A stretch of DNA of 64,000 bases from Selaginella moellendorffii (Eukaryota > Plantae > Lycopodiophyta), in assembly GCF_000143415.4 (NCBI RefSeq), contig NW_003314294.1:243402-307401 (forward strand), read 5' to 3'. The position numbers were made by a program, and so were the translations under genes. Below, piece after piece: positions 52,505 to 63,882 of this stretch. Position 1 is the stretch's first letter, and every line of letters begins with the position of its first letter. The notes beneath the pieces were generated by a model that did not search any database, was not told the origin of the DNA, and was given only the letters and a program-made list of their open reading frames with translations.

Positions 52505-53461
52505 ATGGATTTGATACCATCTAGTATATGGTGGGAGATCTTCTCGCGTCTGGACGATTGGAGCATAGTAAACAGTGTGTGTAAGTCATGGAGAGACATA
52601 ATCCAATCCCCAGACTTCAATTCCAGGGGTGTAATGGATCCAGGGGTTTGGATCATCACATATGTCAATGATGTGTTGAAGGCGTGGTGTCCTCTCTCAG
52701 GTTTCCTTTTAGATGAGCCATTTCCAGGCTTTGAGAATCCTTATAGAGTTTTGGCTATTGAGCATGGGCTGGTGCTTTTGCGCTGTGGATCGAAGAGCTA
52801 TGTTGGCAATCCTGTGCTCATGGAATGGAAAGAAATACCTCCCATTGACAAGATATTTCTCAAGACAGATAAGGTGGATGAAGAGATCTTGTGGTCTCAT
52901 AATAAAGTACTATTTGGTGTTGATTGCCAGAGGTACTCCATATATGTTATCAATAGCGACTGGTTGAACGAGATTTCTGTTCTATATGATTCATCCTTGA
53001 GTGAATGGAGAATTGATCTATATCTTGGTCTAGCTGTAGAATATTGCGGGTATCCACCATATCATACAAAGAGAAAAGAGCCGAGAAGTTATATCAGGGT
53101 TTCCGACTATAAGGGGAGAAAAACGCTTCAGGTGATTACTAACAACGAGTTCAGGGTCTGGGAAGAGAGGGATCGATCAATTCGAAAACTCATTCATAAG
53201 AAGTTTCAAGTGGACAAGAGTGAGTGGAACTTGGTGGCAAAAGTTGGCATACCTAAGCGCGAGGAATATAATCAACGCTACCTGGGAAGCCTGTATTGCT
53301 TCTGGTCCAAAGAAGCCCGCCCAAAGCTTCGCCCTTTTGTCGTGGACATGGAAACTAAAACTTCATATGTTTTCCCACGGAAGCACAGGCGTGACAGATT
53401 TTCGAACACTGTTTTTGTTCTGACTGGAAACACCACCCCGGTTCCAGACCAGCTGAAATAA
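52505..53461 (+). CDS. F-box protein, paralog of 44202-45161
   Basis: MDLIPSSIWWEIFSRLDDWSIVNSVCKSWRDII. Colinear with the paralog through the shared TTPVPDQLK end. Confidence 0.8.
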   Translation: MDLIPSSIWWEIFSRLDDWSIVNSVCKSWRDIIQSPDFNSRGVMDPGVWIITYVNDVLKAWCPLSGFLLDEPFPGFENPYRVLAIEHGLVLLRCGSKSYVGNPVLMEWKEIPPIDKIFLKTDKVDEEILWSHNKVLFGVDCQRYSIYVINSDWLNEISVLYDSSLSEWRIDLYLGLAVEYCGYPPYHTKRKEPRSYIRVSDYKGRKTLQVITNNEFRVWEERDRSIRKLIHKKFQVDKSEWNLVAKVGIPKREEYNQRYLGSLYCFWSKEARPKLRPFVVDMETKTSYVFPRKHRRDRFSNTVFVLTGNTTPVPDQLK

Positions 53462-54109
53462 TCTGCTTTCAATTTCAATATAAATCCTAAGTTACTTTGG
53501 TTAACTTTGTGCATAGTTTTCTTCACTTGCATCAGGAAAGATGGTTGTGCCCGCTGGCGGTGGCTTGGCGATGGAGATTTTTCATTCGTCTAAGGTGCAT
53601 TAACACGTGTTCCATTAGATATTCCATTAGGAGTGGAGATTAAGATCATGAAACACACTTCTAAGGTTTTCTTGGCAATCAGTCCGCATCCAAATGCGGA
53701 TTTCCTCGGAAGATGGCCTACGCAGTGCGACTGTTTAGTATTCCGTGACCTTACAACTCGCTCCGCTGTAAAATAGTATTGATCCCGCCAGACACTATCA
53801 GGCACTTTGTTTGGACAGCAGTGGTATTGGCTTGTTTGCGAGTTTGTGTAAACCAGTTAGAGCGATTCCCTGATTTCTACAGTGTGTTTACTCCTGCCGT
53901 GGCTTTCTCGTCCGGATAGTCGATATCTTAGATCGCTCCACGCAGAAACTTCTCAGGGAGCAGCGAATCACGATAATTGTTATCCCAAGATTGAATGCCT
54001 CATCTTTGACAAGCCTCTATGTTTTTTTTTTCTTCTCAGAAGAAGAAAGGAAAAGACCAAGACACACAAGATTGAATACTTTCTTTTTCCAACTGATAAG
54101 CAATCAGTC

Positions 54110-54800
54110 CGCTGGAGCCCACTCCAAGTGAAGATGAAGCCCACGCAGTGGACCTGTAAGTAGTGTTTGTGGATTCCATGACATTTTTAAGCTTGGAACT
54201 CGTTCTTGAAGTTCCAAGAAGTGGAGTGAACCAGACTCCCAGGCCCGTGCACAAGCAGGTTCGTTTTAACGTTTTTGTCTAGAAAATGTTCACGTATGTT
54301 GATCTTTCTGTAGGATCACAAGGATTGAATCATGACTCGTGTATGACATCAACTCGAATATTGAAAAGTGAGCCATGTATACACTACCAGACGAGGGCCT
54401 GAGAGGAAGGTAAGCTGTGATGTTTAAGCTTTGGAATCCTGGCAACGCATTTTCTCTTCTGTTATAGTTTTTCCAGATTGAGTATGGAATTCAATGAGAT
54501 GGTGCGTGCAATCTTGATTCCCCAGTGTGCAAGGCGAAATAGAACAAGGGGCCATGTACACACTATCAGGGAAAGGTAAGCTCTCTTTGTGTTTATGCTT
54601 TAAAATCCTTAGTACGTATTTCCTTTTCCAGGTTGACCAGTGAGGTGACGGCACACTGGGGATAATCAAGCCTTACTCCATCCTGGGCTTTTCTTCTTTT
54701 GATTCGTGAGTTGCAGGTACATGTTTCTCCTCGTTCGTCTCTGATGAGATCTTTCTTTGATGCTCGATCGCAGGATGAGCGTACTGCTTGTTGTCTGACG
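54110..54800 (+). pseudogene. NAOD pseudogene fragment (3' half) with an internal duplicated exon/intron junction
   Basis: MKPTQW, ggagtgaaccaga, acactaccagacgagggcctgagaggaaggtaagct and aagccttactccatc match 41970-42680. Confidence 0.85.
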
Positions 54801-54961
54801 TGTGGAAGATGTATCAAGTGAAAGCTATCTTCATTTCTTCCTCAACAATATGGCTTGGCAACAATGCAAGCCTTTGTAGAACGCGTGTCTTGTTATTTCC
54901 CGCCCATTTTCGAGTTTCATGCCCTAGGTTCTTCCCGCTTTCGAGTTTCATGCCCTAGGTC

Positions 54962-56200
54962 ATGGCAACGATCGTGTTTCGGATGCTGGCATTCCTCATC
55001 GTCGTCTTGTCTCTGGAGCGCAACAGCAAGGTCGGAAATGGCCAGATTTCTCTATGGCAGGGCGCTGATCTCCTCACGCGATTGGATGTCGGGAGTGCGA
55101 ATTTCTCCATCCAGGATGCCGCTGAGCCAGCTACGGCAGATTGTTTGGCGGAGCTCGGGTAAGCCTACATTGATTTCCCCTTTCCTGGGAGCACAGTTTG
55201 GTCATTTGGATCCTTGGTGCGTTGCAATTCCAGGTCAGGAACTCGCAGTTTCTGTGGTGTTGCGCCTCCCTTGCATCCAGCTCCAACTCAAGGTCCAAAG
55301 GAGGGGGTTCCAGCTCCAGGACAGGAGGAAGCTCCAGGGCAGCAAGCTCCAGCTCCAGCTCCAGCTCCAGGGCAGCAAGCTTTAGCTCCAGAAGTTCCAG
55401 GTTCAAGACCTCCAACCATTCCAGCGCCACAGAAAGCTCCGGCTCTAGCTCCAGGACAGGAGGAAGCTCCAGGGCAGCAAGCTCCAGCTCCAGCTCCAAG
55501 ACCTCCAACCATTCCAGCTTTAGTTGTAGGGCAGCAAGCTCCAGCTCCAGGGCAGCAAGCTTTAGCTCCAGAAGTTCCAGGTTCAAGACCTCCAACCATT
55601 CCAGCTCCACAGCAAGCTCCAGCTCCAGCTCCAGGACAGGAGGAAGCTCCAGGGCAGCAAACTCCAGCTCCAGCTCCAAGACCTCCAACCATTCCAGCTT
55701 CAGCTCCACAACCAGGGATCACTCTCCCGGGTGTTGGGGGTGGTGGATTTGGTGGGCTTGGCAGCGGTGGTGATGCCCTACCTCCATCTCCACCACAAGC
55801 TCCATCTCCAGCAGACTCTCAAGCTCCATCTCCGGCAGACTCTCCAGCTCCAGATGAAGAATACCCGTGGCCTAGCCCGGGAAACACTTGGTATAAAAGC
55901 TCCCCGGTTCAACAACCAGGACCAGAGTTGGCAGATGATCCCGATGACAATGACGAGCCGGAAGACTTGCCGGCAGTAGCTCCAGGCGTGTCTCCTCCAG
56001 CTTCTCCAGGTGCAAAGCCGCCTCCTTCTCCAGCTCCTCCAGCTCCTCCAGGTGCAAAGCCGCCTCCTCCTCCAGCGGCAGGCGTGCCTCTCCCAGCTCC
56101 TTTCTTGTGGCTCCCCCTGTCCTTTGGTTTGGGCACGGTGGTACTCTTTGGGATTCTGATCTACGTGATTAGAGAGAAAGGCGAAGGCCTTGTCTTGTGA
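54962..56200 (+). CDS. Pro/Ala-rich arabinogalactan-like protein with N-terminal signal and C-terminal transmembrane helix; join(54962-55158, 55234-56200)
   Basis: Hydrophobic N-terminus and a frame-preserving phase-2 GT-AG intron. PAPAPGQ/RPPTIPA repeats, an acidic linker, then FLWLPLSFGLGTVVLFGILIYVI followed by REK. Confidence 0.75.
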
Positions 56201-56339
56201 GAGATGAATGCAGCGGGTCGCTAAAGGTTGGGTTGAAGGAGAAACAATACCGTGAATATCCTATATCGTTGCTATTCGATTCGAGCTATGATAGGCGATA
56301 TTATTGACTGTCGCCATGATCGATTGGATCGCACCCGCA

Positions 56340-57125
56340 CCTGGATCCATCGTCCGCCCTCCAGCTCCACGATCTTCCAGCGCCATGCCCCAGATTGTTT
56401 CGCGCGCAGGGTTTAGAAACTCAGATGGACTTCGGCAGGCAAGCTCGACAGCTCTACGAGGAGATGGAAGATTTCGACACGGATGCTTGTTCCTCGAGGG
56501 AAGAAGATCTCTGGCCAGGGGTCTTGAAGTTTGGGGGCGCAGAAAGTCCAAGTTACGGTGGTGATGGATCTCTGCAAGCTTGCGATTGCTGGTCGAGCTT
56601 CACGTTGCTCACGGCTTCGACTCCAACTTCAAGGTCTCATCAACGAACTTGACATGGCCAGGCGAGTTTTCTCCAAAGTGAGAGCTCGTGACGTGGTCTC
56701 TTGGACGGCTTTGATCGTCGCCACCACTACGATTTGGAGTTCATGCGGCTCTTGGCGAGGAAAGACGGATCCGGCGACGGCGTTGAAGCAGCGAAGCTTG
56801 GATCCGGAGGATTTGGAGAAAGGCCAGGAGCTTCACGTAGAGATCACTGCCTCGAGGGACTGCTCTAAATCGCCGGTGGTTCTCAATGCACTCGTCAACA
56901 TGTGCGAAGAGTTGTTCAAGGGGATGAGGGACAAGGGTGGACGATTTTGATCTCGGCTTACGTCGAAGGCTCTACCGCCGAATGATCCTGGAAGGAGTCC
57001 AGCCAACCGAGGTGACGATGCTGGTGGTCATTGCCGCATGCTCGGCTATGGAGTCACCCTGGGAAGGTATAGTCACTGCTTTGACAGACTCTAAATTCTT
57101 CACGGACATGGCTTTGTGCATGTGA
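56340..57125 (+). pseudogene. PPR pseudogene
   Basis: ARRVFSKVRARDVVSWTALI, NALVNMC and MILEGVQPTEVTMLVVIAACS, broken by frameshifts. Confidence 0.75.
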
Positions 57126-58726
57126 TATTGGACTCGATGGTTTAGTAAACGACGGGCTTCTGGACAGCTTAAAGAGGACACGTTCTGAGGTAAGAACTCT
57201 CTATGCCTTCTTTTATTTTCTGACTACGAGTGAGAGCAGCGATTTGCACGTAGTCCATACTCTGTGTAAGCTTAACATTATATACTCTGGATTGTGATCT
57301 CTTTGTCACACATCATCTCTTAAAGCTCTATAGATACGACATATATGTGCAGCCCTTCTGTCCGACTGTACTACGGTTTCCTTAGCAGCACTGTTTGCCT
57401 CTGGAGGTTGGTTGTTTCAGGAAGAACGTCTGGAGCTGATTATTTTCATTATGCTTGCAGCAAATTTGAGAACGATGGTGGGTCGTAAAATATGCAATAT
57501 ATTTATCATCACATATTCCAAATATTAAACATATATTCAGTCATGTGTGGTGATGTGTCTACCGGACTGCTGATGAAAACCCTTTAAAAGGGAAATCCTT
57601 GTAGCATTGCATGGCATCAAAAGTGTCATTGATGGCATAAACTTTTAGATGATCCAAGAAAAAAGAAATTGTAAATTGTGACAATAAGTAGAGGTATTAT
57701 CTGTCTCTAGTTTGCATACACAGTAATAATCTCACTGTTAGCTGTTGTACTTATTCTTCCAGTGCAATTTCAATAAAATTCTACAGCTTCTCTTGTCAAG
57801 TTAATTATTGTTTTTTTCAGACTTTAACAATTTGGCACTTCCCCCAATGATGATAAAAGTCAGTGAATACCAGTACTGATGTAGTGATTCATGTAATTTT
57901 CTTACGACAAGATATGGCAGTGTCTGCTATCCAAGTTGTTGTCACTGTGCCTGTCAAACCTTCGTATGTGCACTGATGAACATAGTGTTACTTGTTTGTG
58001 TAGCTAATCATCGAGCTTTCCAAGTCGTGTTTTGTGCTACTTTTGCAACAGCGGTTTTCTTACCTGTGGATAATGCTAAAGTCAGTAGGCAATCACTGTA
58101 ACTCCTAGCACTGACCTCCAGGATTTTGAGGAATCAAATAACCTGAACTCTTTCCGTTCATTGTCATTGTGGTTTGAAGGTGAGAGTAATCATAACACTT
58201 GACAACTCTAATACGATGAAACTGAAGGCTGTATTGAAATTATTTGTCCTGAGGCAGTGTGCTTTCAACTTTTCACTTGAAGGTATTATTCTACTTTTCA
58301 AAGCATGACTCTTCGTTCCCAGTAATCTTTTTCCTCAGGCCGCTGAAATTGCATACCTCATGCAGTTCTTATTGTACTTCAGAATAAGCTCCCGTGTTAG
58401 ATCCGACCTTGGCTTGGTCATTGTCGAGGCTGAACGCATTTCAGAATATAAGAAAACCACAGGATCCTTAGAAGCGTGTCAAGACGTGGAAATTGGTTAA
58501 AAAAGTAACAAATTATACAAAATGAAATGAGTCGTATGAGTATCTTCCGTGAATACCGCGGGGTAGAGCAGCTTGGTAGAGATCAAGATGATCATTTCCA
58601 CCAGTCCAGGTAGGACAGATTTTCAAGGCTGGTTTCGTCCCTTCACTTGTGAGTTGGCCACAATGGCACAGTTTAAGCCATCAAATCTTCATAAATAGCT
58701 AGTAAAGTAAGAAAATGAATTTTTTG

Positions 58727-59694
58727 TTATGGTTTGTATGACATAGTTTGAGATGCAAAATCACATGTAACCCTTAGGTTTTTTAGAAATGGCAAACCTA
58801 TAATATTCTCACCTGGCTTAGAAGCTTTAATGTTTAAACAAAGCCCAGCCCCCTCAACAAACTTTGACATGTAGGAATACTTAAAGCTACTTGATTGCCA
58901 AGGTCAAACTCTATAGGTGGCAAGTCTACCATATAAGCCTTTCCCGTACGTGAACAACCAGTGCCAAGTGTTCGATTGTAATACATATCATTTACCTTAC
59001 TTTTAATCATGTCAACAATTATTCTAAAAAATTTTGGTTCAAACCAAGTATCTTCACTCCCGGTGTCCCACGGAATGTCAAATGCATACTCTTCATACTT
59101 CCAATCATAACTTATCCTATACACCCGTGTTGTAAGGATGTTTTGATTTTTAACCAGTCCAACCACACTAGCACAGTAAGGATGTCCAGAAACCCCAAAG
59201 ACTAGTTCATTAAAAACACCAGTGTACAAAAAACTGAATGATGTGTATTTCCATTGAGTAACCACCGAGTCCATTCGTCTGCTCAAGCCTAACAACGCTT
59301 TGACTGTGTTTCCACGAGATCCATCTGGTCTTTTAGTCATCCATTCATCTGCCAGCAAAAATCTTGTTCGCCTCAATTTACCATCAACCAACCATTTACT
59401 TTTCTTGACATGACCTTTAACCCAGAGGCCATCTGAAAAACTTATGTTTCTACAATAAATACAGTCTACACCATCAACCTCTGGAGCTTGAATAAAGGAT
59501 TCCCGGATGTCATCTATATCTAGTTCATCTAGAACAAATGGTAAACTTGAACCTGTGTCCACCAGAAATGAAATTGGAACCCCGTTGACAGGGATGGTTG
59601 CCCAAAGCCCAGACTGTGTTGAGTCCAAAGGTAATCTTACTATCTGAGCCCACGAAACAATTGCATATAAAAACAGAAGGAAGATGAATCACAT
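58727..59694 (-). pseudogene. Intronless secreted pepsin-like (A1) aspartic protease, disabled by a codon-2 stop and one late frameshift
   Basis: M*FIFLLFLYAIVSWAQIVRLPL is in frame with FLVDTGSS, ALLGLS and WDTGSE. The shifted frame continues YMSKFVEGAGLCLNI..NIIGLPFLKNLRVTCDF..stop. Confidence 0.8.
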
Positions 59695-59824
59695 CCTTAA
59701 ATGCTTTGGCAAGTCCAATTATGGACTTAATAACATAAATGCTTTTTATAATTAGAGGCGAAAGGCAAAAGGGGGAGCTTAAATACTTCTGGCGAGATGA
59801 CGCGCACCTCACGAAATTGTGGCT

Positions 59825-60585
59825 CGACGCCTGGGTAAGCTTGGTTTGTATCAAAGAATTTGTGATTCTATTTCACATTCTCTAGAGAGATTCCTCTGTT
59901 GCTTTTAGTTGAAGAGAATGACGACTTCCTGGGACTGTCATTGAAAAGCACAACTGTGGTGACCCTTTAACGAATCCACACTCTCATCTTAAGTGTAGTG
60001 AAATGTGGAAGATGGGAAGACCATCTCCTTCGTTGGCTTAAGATCGTATCTGAGATTGCGATTAAGAAAACCAAAACTTCAAGCTCACACAATCGTCCAG
60101 ATTACCAGTGACAACGTCCATATGGAATTGTTCCATTTCCGTTAGGTTTTTTTTATTTTTTTATTTTTAATTTTTATTTTCTTCTGATGCAGTCTATAGA
60201 TGGAAGCTAAAACCGATTGGCTTCCTTCCCTCTTAGTTTTTTCATCTTCAGGTTTTGGAGAGACAAGCAACCAGGTGGCATGATCTCTTGGAAGCTCATG
60301 GCTTATGGAAAGCTTTTCCATAGCAGCCTTCCACTACAAGGTTCATTATTTTCTGAATTCTAGTAGTGCAATTAATCCACTTGAGCTTTATATGGAAGCT
60401 AGGAGATCCAGATGCAGTTCTACTGTGATTTCTGTGGACATCCAAGTGCAACACCATCCACTATAAAGCCCACTGTAAGTGTTTTGTGGATTCCATGACG
60501 TTTCCAGCCTTGAAACTTGTTCTTAAAGATCCATAAACCAGATCTGCAAGATTTGTGGAGATTGGATAAACGTTTTTCTCTAGAC
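59825..60585 (+). pseudogene. Scrambled NAOD pseudogene with an internal inversion at ~60040-60125
   Basis: gggaagaccatctccttcgttggct (+), the reverse complement of 41232-41300, then ggcatgatctcttggaagctc..ttccatagc. Confidence 0.8.
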
Positions 60586-61049
60586 CACACTACCTTATAT
60601 GTGAGTGTCCTTGTGTATCATTCGGAAGCTCATCCTCCCAAAGGAATGTGATGATTCACATACAATTATAAAAGATTCCTTTTTGGGATTATATGCAGTA
60701 GGAGAATGGAGAGGAAAGCTCTCAAGATACCATCATAGAGCCACAGGTTGCCATATGTCCCAGCATACGACATCCTCACACCCCCACTGGGTGCCAAGGC
60801 TGGAAAAAAAAAACCAGAAAAAACAGCTAACCAAATCAGCTGAGCTCTTGAAATTAACATCTTTTGAAGAGTACATTCTGCTGCATCTCCCCTGCTCAAT
60901 GTGATCCCCTCTTCAGTATCTTCAACATCAAGAAGCATCTTTGCAGCAGCACAACAGCAATAAAGGTGACATGAAGCATGGGAAGATTCTAATAATGTTC
61001 TATTGGCCGGATTTAAGGCCACAATATTAATATTTAGAAAGCTACTTAT

Positions 61050-62140
61050 TAGCAAGTCCTTTTAGATATTCTTTCCTTAATGTTATGATGAAATAAAGTT
61101 GGTATTGTTGATCCCTTTTTGTTCAAATGTTAGTAAATTGGGTTTAGCATCTATATTTAGCTAGATAAACATAAAGTAAAATGTATTTCTTGTTGAGTAT
61201 ATTGGGCCTGGTTTTTTGTTCGATAGGTTGGGAATGCAAAATATTTTTCGAGAATTGACATAAAGTTAGGATACTACCAGATTAAGGTAGTTCTCTTTTG
61301 CTCTATCTTGCACTAACTTAATAAAAACCTATATGTATTTAGATTGGTCCCTAAATATCATTAGATGATAGTTTGCTAAACATTCTCGCTATCATACCCT
61401 ATGTGTTGGTTTTGTTCAGTTCTATTGACTATTTATGGAAAGTGTCTACATTTATTAATTGAGTATATCTACAAAATGTAGAAATTGTTTTGAATATAAT
61501 GGTGTTATTTCTAAATTCACAATCTAGCTCCATTCTATATTTAATCAATTTTCATGATTATCCTAGAGACTTGGGGTGAAAGCCTAAAGCATGTGTCCCT
61601 GGGGGTGGGGGGGGTTCCAAATGTATAGTAAGGATAGTGGGTAGGTTGAGCATGGCTGATCAACTTAAGGCATAATATAGTTTTATGTGCATGTCCTTGA
61701 TCTACATTTGGTTTGGGTCTAAGCCCAAACTCTATACCATACTAGTTAATGGAGTACGTATATCTTCGCATCAGGCTATTGGTATACTAAAATGGCACTA
61801 GACTTTATCTAGATTTGTTTGACTCTGTTTGTGTTTTGGTCCTAGCATTAGAATGCTAGAAGCTATAGGAGTGTTCCAAGTCACTCCATGCTTTTGTCCC
61901 TTTTCTTCTTGGGTTGTACCTTTAGGAATCATTTTGTGTTTTACTTCCTTCCCTTCTAGGCTTTATGGTTAAGAGTTTAGCTCTGTCCTTTTGCTGAGTG
62001 GCTCAAGGCCCTAAAACTCTAGTTCCACTCCACTATTCTAGGACACGTGGCATATAACATGTGGCATGTGAAGGGTTGAGGTTCACCTCCATGGTTATCC
62101 TATGGTAGATTATAGGGTAAAGGGTGAAAACCATGTGCAC
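61050..62140 (+). mobile_element. Diverged LTR of the same family as 23473-24615
   Basis: 62040-62135 is the reverse complement of 23480-23590. 61620-61720 matches 23910-24010. Confidence 0.7.
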
Positions 62141-62149
62141 TATACTTAA

Positions 62150-62650
62150 TCTCACAAACACATATAATAAGTTGCTATGAAAGGTGTAATGTTTCATCAA
62201 AGGTTTTAGTTCAATGGATGTGCAACAAAAGGTTAAGAAGGATTTTTTAGCAATGTTGATTGATGTTATCATTAAAGCTTAGATATTTTCACCAGTCAAT
62301 TTGGTCAACTCTGGTGAATGGGATGGTCTACAAGGTAGTCAACATGATGACCAGCTAGCCAATACTTTATATTCAGGGAAAAAACGACCATTATTATGTT
62401 GTGGCTTGAATAATGGAAATGACAATGAGGCTATGAAGCTTCATTCAGACAAAAAAGACAAAGTAGAGGGCAATTGTTTTTATTGCTACAAAGCTGAATA
62501 TCAAGGCAAAGATTGTCTTGAAAGGGTTAACAAATTCTAAGGTGAATGTGGTGGGATTTATTATGGATATAGTTCAAGTATTTGCTATGGTGGATCTTCC
62601 ATATCTCACCTCTTGTTATTGAGACAAATGTGAGTGAGATTGTTATTAGG
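62150..62650 (+). mobile_element. Degenerate retroelement gag fragment
   Basis: CFYCYKAEYQGKDC is a decayed CX2CX4HX4C knuckle, directly downstream of the LTR. Confidence 0.55.
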
Positions 62651-62690
62651 GTTGTCTTGCTTTAATTTGGGCATCCTCTTATGTACATGA

Positions 62691-63095
62691 TGTAAACAAT
62701 CAAAGAAAATAACTCAAGAGACAATTCATAAGGTTTAAAATTTTAAGAAAAGGATTGCTTTGTCAAGAGGTAAATCTCTTAACCAAGCTAAGCTGAGACT
62801 TTTAGAAGCAATAGTAACTGAGTTTAACAAAGGGGTTAAATTTTATATTCTTGGGTTTGAATATATTGTGCTGAGTGACCTCCCGGGAAGTCCAAACTCA
62901 AGAGCTTACACATGAATCACACAATGGAATTGACCTACTATAAATAATCAAAGAGAACTATTCAAGAGATGATCTATAAAAGTTCAAATATAAAGGGAAA
63001 AAGTGCACTCCTTTTTCCATTTAAAGTTAAATGTTCTTGGGTTTAAATAATACTAAATTGGATGACATTCCGGAAGCCCAAACTTATGAGCTTAA
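62691..63095 (+). mobile_element. Two decayed Cassandra-like solo LTRs (~62691-62910 and ~62938-63095)
   Basis: tgtaaacaatcaaag...gtgacctcccgggaagtccaaactcaagagcttaca, and a second shorter, more degenerate copy. Confidence 0.7.
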
Positions 63096-63135
63096 TTCTA
63101 TTTAAGATATACTCTTTATCTTAAGTAGGTGTAAG

Positions 63136-63569
63136 TGTAAGCAACCAAAGAGAACGACTTGAGAGACGGTCCATGGGGTTCAAATATAGAGGGAAAGGGC
63201 CCATGAACAAGAGTGCACCCTTTTTTCCAATCGGTTAAGGGTCTTGGGATAGTTGGAGTTAAGCGTCCTTGGGTTTAAGTAGTACTGGGATGGGTGACCT
63301 CCTGGGAAGTCCAAATTCAGGAGATTACATTTGGTATCGGAGCGGTCTCGAGTCTGACTCTATTGGTTGGCTAGGGGAATCACACCACATGTTGATTGAC
63401 ATCTGGCTGGTCCAGTTTGCTCCCGAGGGGTAGGGTGTAGAGTTGCGGCTCTCAGCTTCCGTTCACGAGGGCGTGAACTTGCAGGGAAGCGTGGTGGATT
63501 ATAAGCAACCAAAGGGAACGACTTAAGAGACAGTCCATGGGGTTCAAATATAGACGGAAAGGGCCCATG
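63136..63569 (+). mobile_element. Cassandra-like TRIM: 194-bp LTR 63136-63329 with 5S rRNA-like domain 63257-63312, PBS 63332-63343, internal domain, PPT, second LTR from 63500 running into the gap
   Basis: AGTTAAGCGTCCTTGGGTTTAAGTAGTACTGGGATGGGTGACCTCCTGGGAAGTCC matches the A-box/IE/C-box part of plant 5S rRNA (about 50/56 against a recalled consensus). Confidence 0.9.
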
Positions 63570-63669
63570 NNNNNNNNNNNNNNNNNNNNNNNNNNNNNNN
63601 NNNNNNNNNNNNNNNNNNNNNNNNNNNNNNNNNNNNNNNNNNNNNNNNNNNNNNNNNNNNNNNNNNNNN
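63570..63669. other. Assembly gap (100 N)
   Basis: Run of N. Confidence 1.
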
Positions 63670-63882
63670 TCATGGTGAAATAAATCTTTTTCTCCCTCAT
63701 AGGGAGATGTAAGTAACTGAATCTTAAATTTTTTAGTATATCTAGCGTCTCTATTAGTAAATAAGGTAATTGACTGATATATAACTAAAGGTCCATGCTA
63801 TATATTGCAAGGTAAATATGGTGAGTCATAGGTGAAAAATAAACGTGCAACCTGAAAGTCCTAACTCAGGAGCTTACATTAA

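Noticed and set aside
55131-55773. Leu/Glu-, Ser- and Gly/Ala-repeat ORFs
   Set aside because: Alternative frames of the Pro-rich repeat. Only the Pro frame splices to a signal exon and ends in a TM helix.
57200-58700. Possible decayed gene
   Set aside because: No ORF or motif that I could assign.
63257-63312. 5S rRNA gene
   Set aside because: Only the internal ~56 nt match, and they are embedded in a TG..CA LTR followed by a PBS. This is a Cassandra-type domain, not an rRNA gene.
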